Both the position numbers and the translations under genes were made by a program. Below the pieces are notes generated by a model. The model was not told where the DNA came from. It saw nothing but the letters and a program-made list of their open reading frames with translations, and ran no database searches. Below are positions 1 to 13,200 of a stretch of DNA of 64,000 nucleotides, one piece after another. Source of the stretch: Antedon mediterranea (lineage: Eukaryota > Animalia > Echinodermata); assembly GCF_964355755.1 (NCBI RefSeq), contig NC_092672.1, positions 24,875,237 to 24,939,236 on the forward strand. Direction: 5' to 3'. Each line of letters begins with the position of its first letter. The stretch's first letter is position 1.

Positions 1-1150
1 AACTTCAGATTATGGACTAAAGTGTATTTAAAATATACAGTAGTGTAAAATATTCTGTATTTATTTTTGTTACAATGAAAGTTACTGACCGCAAACATTC
101 ATGCATAGCCTACTTTAAAACATAGAAAATGAGATTTCAATTGCAACTCTTGCATTTTTAGGTTTAACTACGTCAACCTTGAAATCTGTTCGTCTGTAGG
201 GCTCACACAAAGACGGGTGCTGATGCTAGTAATTTATATGATCAGATCATTTGATATCTGCTGCTGCAGTTGAGATTCATACACTTTAAAGTAAAGTTTG
301 ATTTTATGTGATCACATCATTTCCCTATTATCATTTGATTTATAATTTTAGTTGTAATTTTGTTGTTGTCGTCGTCGTGGTTTATGTTTGTGAAACTAAA
401 CAAGATGAACGGATTAAAGAATAAAACATCTTACAATGTTTCTATGTTGTGCAGTGAAAATAAACTCTTTCAGTGCAATATTATAGAAACTATTTTTATC
501 AAGAAAGAGACCATACAAATACAAATGTTGTTTTATCCTAATGTCTACTACCAACCTTCATTCAAAATCAATTATTTTTTTAGGTAGATCAAGATCAAAT
601 ATAGTTCTGACTTGTTAATGGTCACATGCCAGTATAGTTTATTGGGCTTGCCAGTGATAATGACAAAATATTTATTATTTTGGTCTACTATTACAGTAAC
701 ACTTTTTATCAATTAATGATATAACATATCAGTGCAACGTCCACTATTATATTTTAAAAAATGAACAAAAATATATATATGTTGATTTTTATATTGGAAC
801 TGAGAAAGGCATTTATTCCTGATCTAAATTATTTTCACTTTGGGATATTTTTGTAAATTACAACTTTCATAAAAAAATATCATTAAAACATAGTATAAAT
901 ATGCACATGGTATAAATATAGAATTTGTAAAATGCATCAGAGGTCGTACATTTACAAAATAAAAAAAAAAAGGAATTTACATATTTATTTTTATACAGAG
1001 GTATAAGTGAGTGGCACTTAGTCAGTGTAACTCTTTTTTTTCTGCTATAAATGAGTTAGGAATAACATTGTCATGTGACAGAATACCAATGTAACATTTT
1101 TTTCTTTAAAATCAGTATTTTAACACCTGATGATTATGACCTCTTTCCAG

Positions 1151-1255
1151 AATGGAAACACTCCACTTCATATACATCTGGCTCAAAGGAATCCTACATT
1201 AGAAATGGTGACCTGTCTCATAAATAAGGGAGCGTCAGTGACATCACAAAATAAG
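1151..1255 (+). CDS. ROCO gene exon: ankyrin repeat
   Basis: ccag|NGNTPLHIHLAQRNPTLEMVTCLINKGASVTSQNK|gtaat; phase 0-0, 35 codons. Confidence 0.85.
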
Positions 1256-4200
1256 GTAATATATATACAGACAATTTTCAGTAATACTGTATGGCAACAA
1301 TCTTTCACCTACTCTAGTACATTATTCTATTCTTTTTTTTCTTTTTTTATATCTGGTTCATCATATAATTAATAATAATGATAATTATTATTAAATTGTG
1401 TGATTTTTGGTAGACCTATTTAAAAAACCATTCCTTCAAAGATGCCAATATCTACTATCACAGCGATTTTAAACTGATAGGAAGATTGTGGGTTGTATAA
1501 TTTATGCTGAGATTGGACCTATCGGGTATTTTGATGACATGAAGTAAAGGTAGAGATAATGTGCCCGGCTTCATAAGTTATTTAATAAGGGAGTTTAATC
1601 CTATAACCTATGCTTCATTAAATACTCTGTAGCCATCTGTATTTCAATACTGATCTACACATGCGCACAGCTCGAATCTGAATTAAATGAAAGAAAGAAT
1701 ATTTTCCATAATTTGTTATCCAATGAACCATATCTTTTTTTAACTTTGCTAAATGTTGTCCCAATTCAATCTGTTTCATAAGTAAATATTATTTTTTGAA
1801 CAGATGTCAGGATTATTCTAAATGTGTAATTCAACCTAGAAATTGACATTGAAATCTAAATCATTCAGTTAAATAACTTATAAAGAGCAGACCTCCCAAC
1901 TATGCTGATAATGGCGAAAGCAATTTTGAATATACTGATATTTCTAATCTCTGTTAAGAATCTAGATAAGAAGAAAAAGAAAATATGCTAAATATCCGCA
2001 CAACGTTAGTAATAAATTCATGTATTGTTTAATAATTAAAATATTTGTATTTTCCGCCATTTGGCATACCCATATTTACTATTATAAATACCAAAACCTT
2101 TACATTTTTAGTAGCGCCCTTTATGGTCTAATGTATTTTTCAAAATATTATAGCCCCCTGTATAGTTTTGACATGATTTCATAAAACCTCCCAATGTATC
2201 ATTTGATTTGTTGAGAGGTGACAAACTTAAAACAGCCGATTATATAAACTGAATAACAATGTATTTTACTTTACTGTTAGTGTATTGTCAGTTATAGGCC
2301 TTTTGCATATATTAAATGTTGCCATTTGAGTGTGAAAACATAGGGTTTGCCACAAAAATTGTAATGAATGGACTATTAGTTTAGGATATATTGTGAAAAC
2401 ATGGGTTTTATATTTTATTTGCATTAAAGTGATTGTGTTGGAAAGAGATTAACATCGTTACCATTTAAGATAGTTAAAACAAATTATTTTATAACATGTG
2501 AATTATGGAATTATTTTTAAGGATAAGATAAATACAGCGTCACACTTGACATTCTTCTTTCACAAAAAAAAATAATTTTTTTAATTTTTTCTAATACCTG
2601 ATTCAAAGTCTCAACCCTGCTTCAGAAATTGTAAAATGTCTCATTAAAAAGGATAGTGCATTATTGACATTGCTAAATAAGGTAATCTACAGAAAATTGA
2701 AGTTTCTATACATAAATAGATGTAAAATGCATAACAATAATCTCATGAGGTCATTAACAGAGCTTGACTCTGTTTTGAGACATACACAGACAAAAGTCGA
2801 CTTCTTTCGCAGACCCTGTGCACGCAAGATTAGTGGGCATGTTTGAGAAGTTTCTGCATTAGAAAGTCTAGGTCTTTAGGTAGCCAATTAAAGAGGATGA
2901 ACTAAAAACACCGAATCAAAACCTTAAAGGTGCTTACAAGAATGCTTGTTTATACTAATATAGCTAACAACTGTTAATGTAGTAAAACCTCCAGCTAATG
3001 TAGAAACACTAACAGCTTATGTAGTAAATAAAAAGTCAACACCAGCTAATGTAGAACGTCAACAACTAATGTAGTAACAAAAATTGCCTCACACTATCGC
3101 CAGCTAATATAGAAAATATATATTTTACAAACCTGTTTAAATCTGTGCAAATGCATTTTTTTATTTAGCTATCAGTCTATCCACTTTTGTAAACGACCAA
3201 TTTTCTAAAACGACCATACATTGTAAGCAAACATTTCTCTTAAGAGAGCGCTTTTCATAATTGACTACCTCTTGTAAGGGATCACCTCCTCTCATAAAGG
3301 ACTACTTCTTATAATCGAACACCTCTTGTAAGCGACCACCTCTCTTAAAGAACATACCTCTCTTAAGTGACCACCTCTTTCAAGGGACCACAACCTCTCT
3401 CTTAAGGGACAACTTCAACCACCACAAAACGTAGGTTCATGGTGATAGCCAAATATACAATTGTAGGGGTTTTCTGTCAAAACAATTGATTAACAGTGCA
3501 CTTTTATTTATTTATCAAATCCAAACATTTAAAAGCTCACTCATATTATGGGATAAAGAGGCCTACTTCCCATTATGGGGATAGTGTAGTATGTGGTGAA
3601 AATTAAACACAGGAGAGAATGCTATTCTTGCTTCTACATAATAAATAGATAAAAGTTGGTTTATCTGCCAGCAGTTTTTCTCATTGTTAGTATAGTATTA
3701 CTATTTACGTTTGGATTTATAGATCTTGCCTACTACAGAACAGAGGTAGTGTTTTGGATCTGGGTGTCTATCAATTAATATGTCTTTGTAAATAGCTTGT
3801 TTAAGTAAATATTTTTGTTTTTAGGAAGGAAAGACGCCTGAATCTATTGTAGAAACAAATATATACATAACGAAAAAAGAAAAAACTGTGATTTTAAATT
3901 ATTTTGACAGTAAGTAAAGTTTATAAATATAAATTATGCATTAATCTAAGATAGGTAAACACAGTGCAAAAGCTTTAGTGTGGTACAGGTGGTCATTTGA
4001 AATTATCAATGCTACTACTATAAATTTTACAAAATTGTACTACAGAAACAAACTGTAAGGTGAATATTTTTATATAAGCTGGCAGACCTTATTTTTCTGG
4101 TTCATTACAAATGAATAAAACTAAATTCTCTGGATCAGCCCAATCAATAGCATAATTGATATGTATGTACATGGTTGCCACTATTTTATTATATTAATTG

Positions 4201-7200
4201 AGAGTTGGTTTAATATATTTGTATTAAAGATGTGTCCCCCTGAAAAAATAATTCTTAACAAAATGTTTGTTGAATATGCCATTTTAATGTAACATAATAG
4301 TTATCCACTTTGACCAAAAATTGGATCGGAAAAAAAAACTTTAATTTAAAGCAAAAAATGTTCAAATTGGCTGCCAGCCAATGGGTTTTTGGTTGAATTT
4401 AACCATTTATTTTGTCAATTTATAAGTGAAAACATTATTTTTTTTCATTTTTTTTCCTACGGAAGTGATTATCTTTATTAAAACTACAAAATAACATATT
4501 CAAAGTCTGATTTAATTAATCTTCATTTTTCATGTTTTTGGGGGACAATACATCTTTAATATTATTGTATTGCTGGTACTCGAACATAATTTAATATTCT
4601 TATTTCCCATGGTTCAAGTTTACCGGAGGTATTATTAAAGTTGACGAGAACTATTGTACTGTATATGGGATGACATTTATTTTACTGTTTAATAACAAAA
4701 TACTGATAATATCAAGCATTTTTAAGGCTTACAGAGGCAGAATGAGATAACAATTTATTTTTTGTCATAATAGAATTGTTAGTTCCTGCAGAGATACGTG
4801 CCAGGGGTAAACAGGCTATTAAAATATATAAAGAAGAACTTAAAACTGGTAGCATGTCTGTTGTGAATTCAAGATGTATGTTTCTGGGAAAAGAAGGTGC
4901 TGGGAAGACTAGCTGTGTAAAGGCTATGGTTGGAGAAAGGTAACAAGTAAAATGGTATATTGTTTATATTACGGTATCTTGCTGTGTATTAACCATCAAC
5001 CATTTTAGTGATCATTTTAAGATTTTAGGCATTCATAGTTTTACGCCCGTATTCTTAAACCGGACTTTAGTCGTAGTTCGAGCTAAAACTAAAAAAATGA
5101 CATCATTTTAATTCATAAACCGAACTTCAACTAAATCACCGACTAAATCAGGCCAACCTCGACTAAATCGAGACGGATTTTGATCGATTTTTTTAGTCCT
5201 GGAGGGAGCAGACTAAATGGTCGACTAAATGGTTTTTAAACGATGTTTATAAAAATCGTAACAGTCATTGAGTGTTTATATTGGCCAGATATTGAAGAAT
5301 GAAATATCTATATTTATATTAGCTTAATTAAATATACATTGGTATAAATTATAATAATGAAAATCATCTTTATTTACAACTGTATACAAATTACATTATT
5401 TTCTTCACGCAAGTCCGACTTGAGCTACGTCACGCCATAGCGACAATGGGAGATGCGGCAATTCACCACGCGATGGAATGTTTAGGGGGCCTAGCGCTTT
5501 CTTGTCACACTATGAAGTGCGTGGTTCGTGGCGATCATACTTTGTTGGGGGCCTAGAAAATATAAAAATTACCGTACCGCCATGGTTCCTAAATATATTT
5601 TTAAGATTTTATTTGTTGTTAATCAAATATACTTCACTGTTAAATTAATACTGATATTGTTCTAATAATTAACGATTAAAATTATTTTTCATGTATATAG
5701 TCCTGATGCGTAAAAAGTGTTGTAAGAAATGGAAAGTGATATCAATGCGCAAAATTTCGTCTGCTCCTCAAATACTCTCTTGTCATTGGCCAATGTATAG
5801 CCTTTGTTACCCAGACGTGTGCAACTCGACTAAAAGCTCGACTTCATTAAGTGGAACTGCAAACTTCGACTACTTCATTTTTGAATCGAATTTGAAGTAA
5901 TAGCTCGAACTACGACTTTTCCAAGTCGAACTTCGAACTACGACTAAAGTCCGGTTTAAGAATACGGGCGTAAGCCTCTTAATCAGAATGCTAAGAAATG
6001 CTTTGTGAATGGTAAGCGAAGGCATTCAGCTTTGGTAAGGGAATGTTTAATTTGAATTACTATACACTAAGGGTAACATTGTAGTATTTTAAATTATGAT
6101 TCTTATTAAATAATAAAAACATTAATTTTATTAAGTTTAATTTCCTTTTTTTAATTAACTTTCTAATGTTCTATTTATTTAAAATTTATCAGTTGTTTTA
6201 TGATTGGAATGTATATTTAAATGCAGTCTCCTTTTATGATTTAGTCATTTATACATACTTTGTATGTTTCTAAAACGTACAATAATGTTTAACTTTACTA
6301 TACAATGTTATAATAGATTCAATTCTGCAGAACAATCCACAGATGGAATCGTTACAACCACAGTGTTTCAAGCAAAGAAGGATTGTAGTCAATGGAAAAA
6401 GATAAAAGATGTAAATGGTGAGAAAAGCAACTGAAAATGTTAAATTTTACATATTCATTATTTTGCTATAATTTTAACATTAATTTATTTTTTGTAAAAT
6501 AAGTCTAATATTTAAATAAAAACATTCTTAAATGTATAATATAATGCCATTTACACATTGGTTATACAACAAATAACAATTCAAAATTCATTTGGCTATG
6601 CAACCATTACGTCTTGGTCTTCTATTTTCAATGAGGTGATTGAAATCACCTCAGATACCAGAAATTGGAAAATTACTGTCAATGTTCAGAATATTGCTTA
6701 TCATTGTATTCCTCTCATCCCATACAACGCATTGGTTTCCTAATCTAATTGTCCATTTCTTGCTTTGTATAGGTATTGAGCTATCAGAGCAAATTCGTTC
6801 ACATGCTTTAGGAGAAAAGGTTGATAAAAGGTTACAAGAAGGTAGGTACAGACTAATAAAGCTTTTATAACATTTAAATCTGCATAAAAGATGTATAATG
6901 ATATCGATCAGTAACACTGTTATATTGGTTTTGTTTCTGTAATTTTTTGTAGAAGGCAATGTTGGAATCTGGGCTAAATTTAAGAATGGTATGTATAAGA
7001 TGGTAATAGGAAAAGAAAATGTGAGTGACATAACTAGTATATGGGACTACGCTGGTCAACTAGACTACTATATAACGCACAGGGTATGTTTTCATTATTG
7101 TATTATGAATATCACTTGTATTCTAAGAGTCATATTTAAAACAAATATTATTTTTATTGGGTTCAGAAATAAATCAATTAGAAGCTCTTAAATACATGAT

Positions 7201-10200
7201 GTGTACTTACTATATTACTTACTGTATTTTGCCAAGAACATTTTTAACAGGGTTATTTATCAATGTGCAACTTTTTTTTAGACTAGATGCTATGTTTTTG
7301 TTGGTTTTTCTAGTTTTCATATGAAACATCACCAGGGGCTGATCCAGGGGAGAGGACCACAGGGCATTTGTACCTGTCAATATTGTCAACAATAAAATGA
7401 TAGGGTGGAGGGGCGGAGTGGAGTAGATGTGGGAATGAGAAGGTTTAATATATTATTTAAGCATCGTCAGTAAGCATTAAACAACCTCAAAACCTCAGAA
7501 AACCATACCTCCACCAATTATACCAGGCCTTTCTTTCTTTCTCTTTTGTTCTTATTTCATGCAATAATGCGATGCTGAATAAAGATCAATAGGTGATCTA
7601 CAATAAACAATGCTAAAATAAGTACTTTACACATACTATTCACAATCTAATTACAACAAATACTATTCCTGATCTAAAAAGAAAGAAGGTCGTATTAAGA
7701 CTCATAATAAAATCAAATCACTATCCAAATGAAAAAGTAAACAGAGAGGTATCACTTTTGAAATAATATCAACAATTGTATGACTTTGATGGTAAGAAAT
7801 TACCACGTGTATCAATGCGAGCTGAACAATGGTTGTGGAAATGCCATTTGACGTAGTACACGCACCTCTCTTGTAAGAAATTACCACGTGTATCAATGCG
7901 AGCTGAACAATGGTTGTGGAAATGCCATTTGACGTAGTACACGCACCTCTCTTGTAAGAAATTACCACGTGTATCAATGCAAGCTGAACGATGGTGGAAA
8001 AACAATTTAATTTGACATACATACATCCCTCTTACAAGAAATCATTATGTGTTCCTGCCTGCATTGATGGTATCTGTTCCAATTTATTGTTATGTATCAC
8101 TCTGGCCTAGACAATGACGACAATACGACAGACTCATGGATATACCAACAATGAAATTGCGCTATATTTAGACATTGACATGATTTGCTCACTGTCTGGG
8201 TGACAGCATGTAGCTTGTTTTTAAACGTCTAAACAAGTAGGTTAGACCTAGCCAATGGTTTTGAAATGATCATGACAACATAACAAAACATACATAGTAA
8301 TACACATCATGTCAAGTTAGTTCCCAAAACATAGGAACCACAGTCCTGGTAGAGGTCTGGTATCACAATGTAAAAATGGTGAAAGTTGATTTTACAGTCT
8401 GCATTAATCTGCATGTTTGACTTGATGAGGCATGAACAAAAGTGCTCGTAACAAAAGCAGAGCAAAATAGATAAATAAATGACTATTTATTTGCGCACTA
8501 GATTGTTTCATAAAGTGATAAAAAGAAGAGCTATTTCATCACCTTGATGAAACAGTACAGTGTGTAGTGTGCAAATAGAATGTTGAAGTTTTTACTTGAG
8601 TCATCAAACTTTATCTATATACAATATTGTAATATTATGTTATAATTAACCATGAAAACATAATCCTTGTTAATTTCCAGTTTTTCCTGACAAATACAGT
8701 ATCATACTGTGTTGTTTTCAATGTCATGGACAACTTGGATGAGCCAGCTAAACCACGGGGTTCAAAAATAGTAAGTTAAACTTTAGTACTTTAGACAATC
8801 TTGTAAACTGCAAATGCTATGATTTAATAATGTAATTAATTTCAATATTAGTTTAAAAATATATTGTCATTGTCATTTTAGGGTCAGCTAGGAATGACTA
8901 ATTTGGACATGAATTTGTTCTGGATAAGGTCCATTTATGAACATACTATACAACATGGTTCAGGAAACACTATTTCAATTGATGGCAAGAACATAGGGTC
9001 ACCTCCCATCTGTTTGGTTGCAACTCATGTGGACAAATTGTCAGGGACAGCATCAGAAAAAGAGGAGGAGGTAAATAGTATATAAATATTAGATATTTAT
9101 ATCTTGTCTTTTTCTCAACTATGTCAACATAAGTGCTCCTAGCAACTGAACACAACTGAATGCAACTATAAACCTCAACTGACTGCAACTGACAGGCGCA
9201 CAACAATGTAGACATAAGCTTATAGTTACTTTCAGTTGCCCATGTTCTATTTTTTCTGTAACTGAGTGAAACTGAAAAGTTTTAAACGTGTCACACGTGT
9301 GGTATGAGTAACGGCGACCAGTCGCGATTCGTTTGTATACTGGTTCATATACAACTATGAATTGCGTTGTGCGTGTAGTAAGGTAAATTAATAGGCTCTT
9401 TAGAATTAATATTTTGCCTACAAAAAGGTTGACTGTATTTAACAACCCATCAGTACAATTAGAACAAAAAAGCAGTTTGAAATCTAATGTACATGTTTAT
9501 ACAATCAACTAATATAACATGAAAATGGAACATTTAAGCTACACATTACATGCATTACAAAACAATTCATTAAAGAAAGCACATTAAAGTAGAAACATTG
9601 TTTGAGATGTTGTCATTTGTCAACTCGGCCTCACGTCAACTCGGCCTCAAGTCAACTCGACCAAAACTAATCCGTCAACTCGGCCTTTAAAAAGTATGGA
9701 ACGCAAAAAGTGCTAATATAGTAGTTCATTTATTACAATGGCAGGATATAGTACGGTTAGGCCTACATAATACTTAATAGACGAAATAAAACGGAAATTT
9801 CAATGTAAATTACAACACACTGGGCCTGATCGTTTTTCGTTTAATTGATAAGTAGTATTTATTTATATTGTTGGTTGGTTAGTCTCAGTAAGAACCTTCA
9901 GTAATGTGTTTGTTAGATCTTTTTTTTTTGATACAAGGATGTTCCCAGAAATAATCGAAATATTCTTAGAAGGCCTATATATTATATAGATATTATTAGA
10001 TTAATACAGTAAAATAAAAATGTTTTTTTTGTGTATATATTCTCTCTCAAATTATTAGCAATATGTTACGGTCAAAGTGAATAACTATATGTGACATTAA
10101 AATGGTATATTACAGTAACAAGATCTTTCACACATTTATTGACGATGTCAATCAAACTAACGAAGAGATTATGGAAACAAATTCAGAATTTTCTGTCATG

Positions 10201-13200
10201 TTAAAGTTCTATATTGCAATTGTGCGCTATTCAAATTGTTTTTATTACTTTTGTGATTTGATTATAATGGAGAATCCAATGAATACATTTATGTATAGGA
10301 AATTAATCTAAAACACGTCACTACTGAAGAAATCATCATGAAAAAATGGCGTTTTTTTATTTTGTCAAGCAAAAACTAAAACATATTGTTTGAGTCCAAA
10401 CAACGGAATTCCTAAACAACATAATATTGTCTAAGCATTCTCATCTGTTTTTAACACCCACCGCGCCCTGTATTGTTCAATAAAATTGATCACCTAAAGG
10501 GGCATTCCCACCGTCCGTACCTGTTCCGTTTCGCGGAACGGAAGACGGCGCCGTTTTTTTCAACGTGATGCGCGTCGCTCACCGTTCCGTTTTAAACATT
10601 CACACCTGTTCTGTTTTGTGACGTGACGTTAAAATGGCAGCCGTTTCTGGATGATCATCGGATGATAGTGAGGAAGAAATTATTCTTTTTAGTTTAATTA
10701 AAGATAATATTACAAAACGAGACACAAGATTCCCGATGATAGTAACAAAACACACCATGACAAATTCCATGAATCCATAATTTTATACAATAAAATCACA
10801 ATCACATCCCTATGGACTGTTATGGAAGCAAATTTCTCTCTTCCCATGGTGTACTGTATTAATTATAAATAATTATGAAATAGAAACGAAATGAACATAA
10901 AAATGTCATACAAAAAAAACCTTAAGGCCTATTTGAAAAAAATGCACATTCATGTCTGGGTGTGTGTGCATGTAACCTATACCCATAATGCTTATGCAAT
11001 TTGTTTTGTACTGTATATACAGTTGTAGACCGAAATATATTGTTTAAATATTATTTATTAAAATGTCTTCTTCGACAGTTATTCCTGTATAATACAAAAT
11101 GTGAAGAAATATTTATTTATTTCAAACAATATAAATAAATACTACCTATCAATTAAACGAAAAACGATCAGGCCCAGTGTGTTATAATTTATTTTGAATT
11201 TTCCGTTTTATTTTGTCTATTATGTAGGCCCTAGTCCAACCGTCTGTGATGTTTATCCTGCCATTATAATATTAATTACTATATTAGCACTTTTTGCGTT
11301 CCATAGTTTCTGGAGGCCGAGTTGACGGATTAGTTTTTGGCCGAGTTGACGTGAGGCCGAGTTGACTTGGGGCCGAGTTGACGTGGGGCCGATTTGACGT
11401 GGGGCCGAGTTGACTTGGGGCCGACTTGACGTGGGGCCGACATGACTTTGGCCGAGACGGTTTAGGGCCGAGTTGGATCGAATTCCATTTTGAATTACAG
11501 TATGAATCAAATAAAACAGCCTGTAACAGTTATGAAAGATTGTGTACATTAGGTTGTGACATATTGTCTTGTAAACCACTGATCATGATGATCACTGGGA
11601 TCACGCAGATTGATCTCACTGATCATGTGAGTATTCTCAGTGGATATATCATTGTCAACACTTAGCTTGAAAACAAAATCCAAGATGGCGACAAAAATCC
11701 AAAATGACTGACCATTTGATCTAAATTGTATTTACTAGATGGTACGCTCGCTTCGCTCGCGTACCATCTAGGTCGTGCCCACAGATGGTTCTCGAATACT
11801 AATAATGTCAGCGTTAAAAAACTGGCGATTTCAAATGTACGTACCGCAGGACAATAATACATGTCGTTTACAGGAACGAATAAATAGACACTGTGATTTA
11901 TGTACTCAACTAAAATTAGCACCCTGGGAATTACTTCCGAAAAAGAAACTTGTCACAAAATGAGACCAATTGTTTAAGTCAAATTTAAACAAACTTAATT
12001 TGTGTTTTATATGTAACATTAGGGTTGAGGGATGGGGAAGAGGATGGTGCAAAGAGGAACAGTTTTTAAATATATTCTTTATCTATTTATTCTTTATTTA
12101 TTTAGTAACGAAATATTAATTGTTTTCATGTTTTACAAATAATATACCACTAAACACAGTAAAACATTGCGATGTAATACTTTTTTGAAACTATCACCGT
12201 CCTAGTCGATTGAAAAGTACAGTACGTCTTTAACGACACATCACTACGACGTGTATATGTTTATATAATGTATAACAATTTGTGAAAACCACCTCTATTC
12301 GGGGCAAATCATAAATTCGATTTAATCTTCAATAAATATTAAATTATCTAACTCAACTTAATTAGTAGGCCTAATGGTTTTCAATTGTTTCTTAGAGCTA
12401 ATTCATACTTAAGTTGGTTCCTACCCTACCCACCAAAGTTGTTCTGCGTTTAGGGCATGTGATGCACTGTAGGCCTATCCTCTACTGGCTTTACAACGCT
12501 ACATGCCAGTGAGGGAAGGGTGATGATGTGGGTGGTTTAACTGCAATAATAAAGATTTGTACATAAATATACTGCGACTGAAAACGCTAGCTCATTATCC
12601 GTTTAAAAAAAATTATATCCAACCTCTGCAGCACAGATTGAAAAAAAAATGGATCGAATTTCTGTTATGAGTATACAGTACTTTCCTTTACGACGCCTGA
12701 GGGAATAGAAACTTGTGGAACGACACAGAGATTGGAATGTTCCATTCTTCGCAAATCAATACATTTGCACAAACGTATATTAAATCTATCAAAATAGTAT
12801 TTTTTAAAGAAAATCGGCCTGTCTTCAACATTATGATACTGTACTCGAGCTGTTCAACCGGTTTTCAGCTATTAAAAACAATTATCGTAGGAGGAGATAG
12901 GAAAATGCGAAGCCTCCTCGCATTTTTGTGGCGGGTATTTTTCAAGATGGACATCCATTAGACAGTGTATACCACGATCGGAAAAACCCCTATTTGGGGC
13001 AAATCGTTGAACCTAAATTCGTTTTAATCGTCAATAACTAATTATCTAACTTAATTTAATTAGTAAACAGGGATACATCAGGCGGTTAAAATCAGTACCG
13101 AAAGTACGAACCAACTTTACATACCATCGAGTAAAAATTCTAAAAGTAAGGCGCGATTTACCGAATTTTGCCCTTACGTAAATTTATATATAGATAATGC

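Noticed and set aside
360-587. ORF as a first exon of the ROCO gene
   Set aside because: No ankyrin similarity or convincing splice sites; AT-rich intron-like composition.
7702-8026. ORFs with 27-aa repeats
   Set aside because: By-product of an 81-bp intronic tandem repeat; no splice context.
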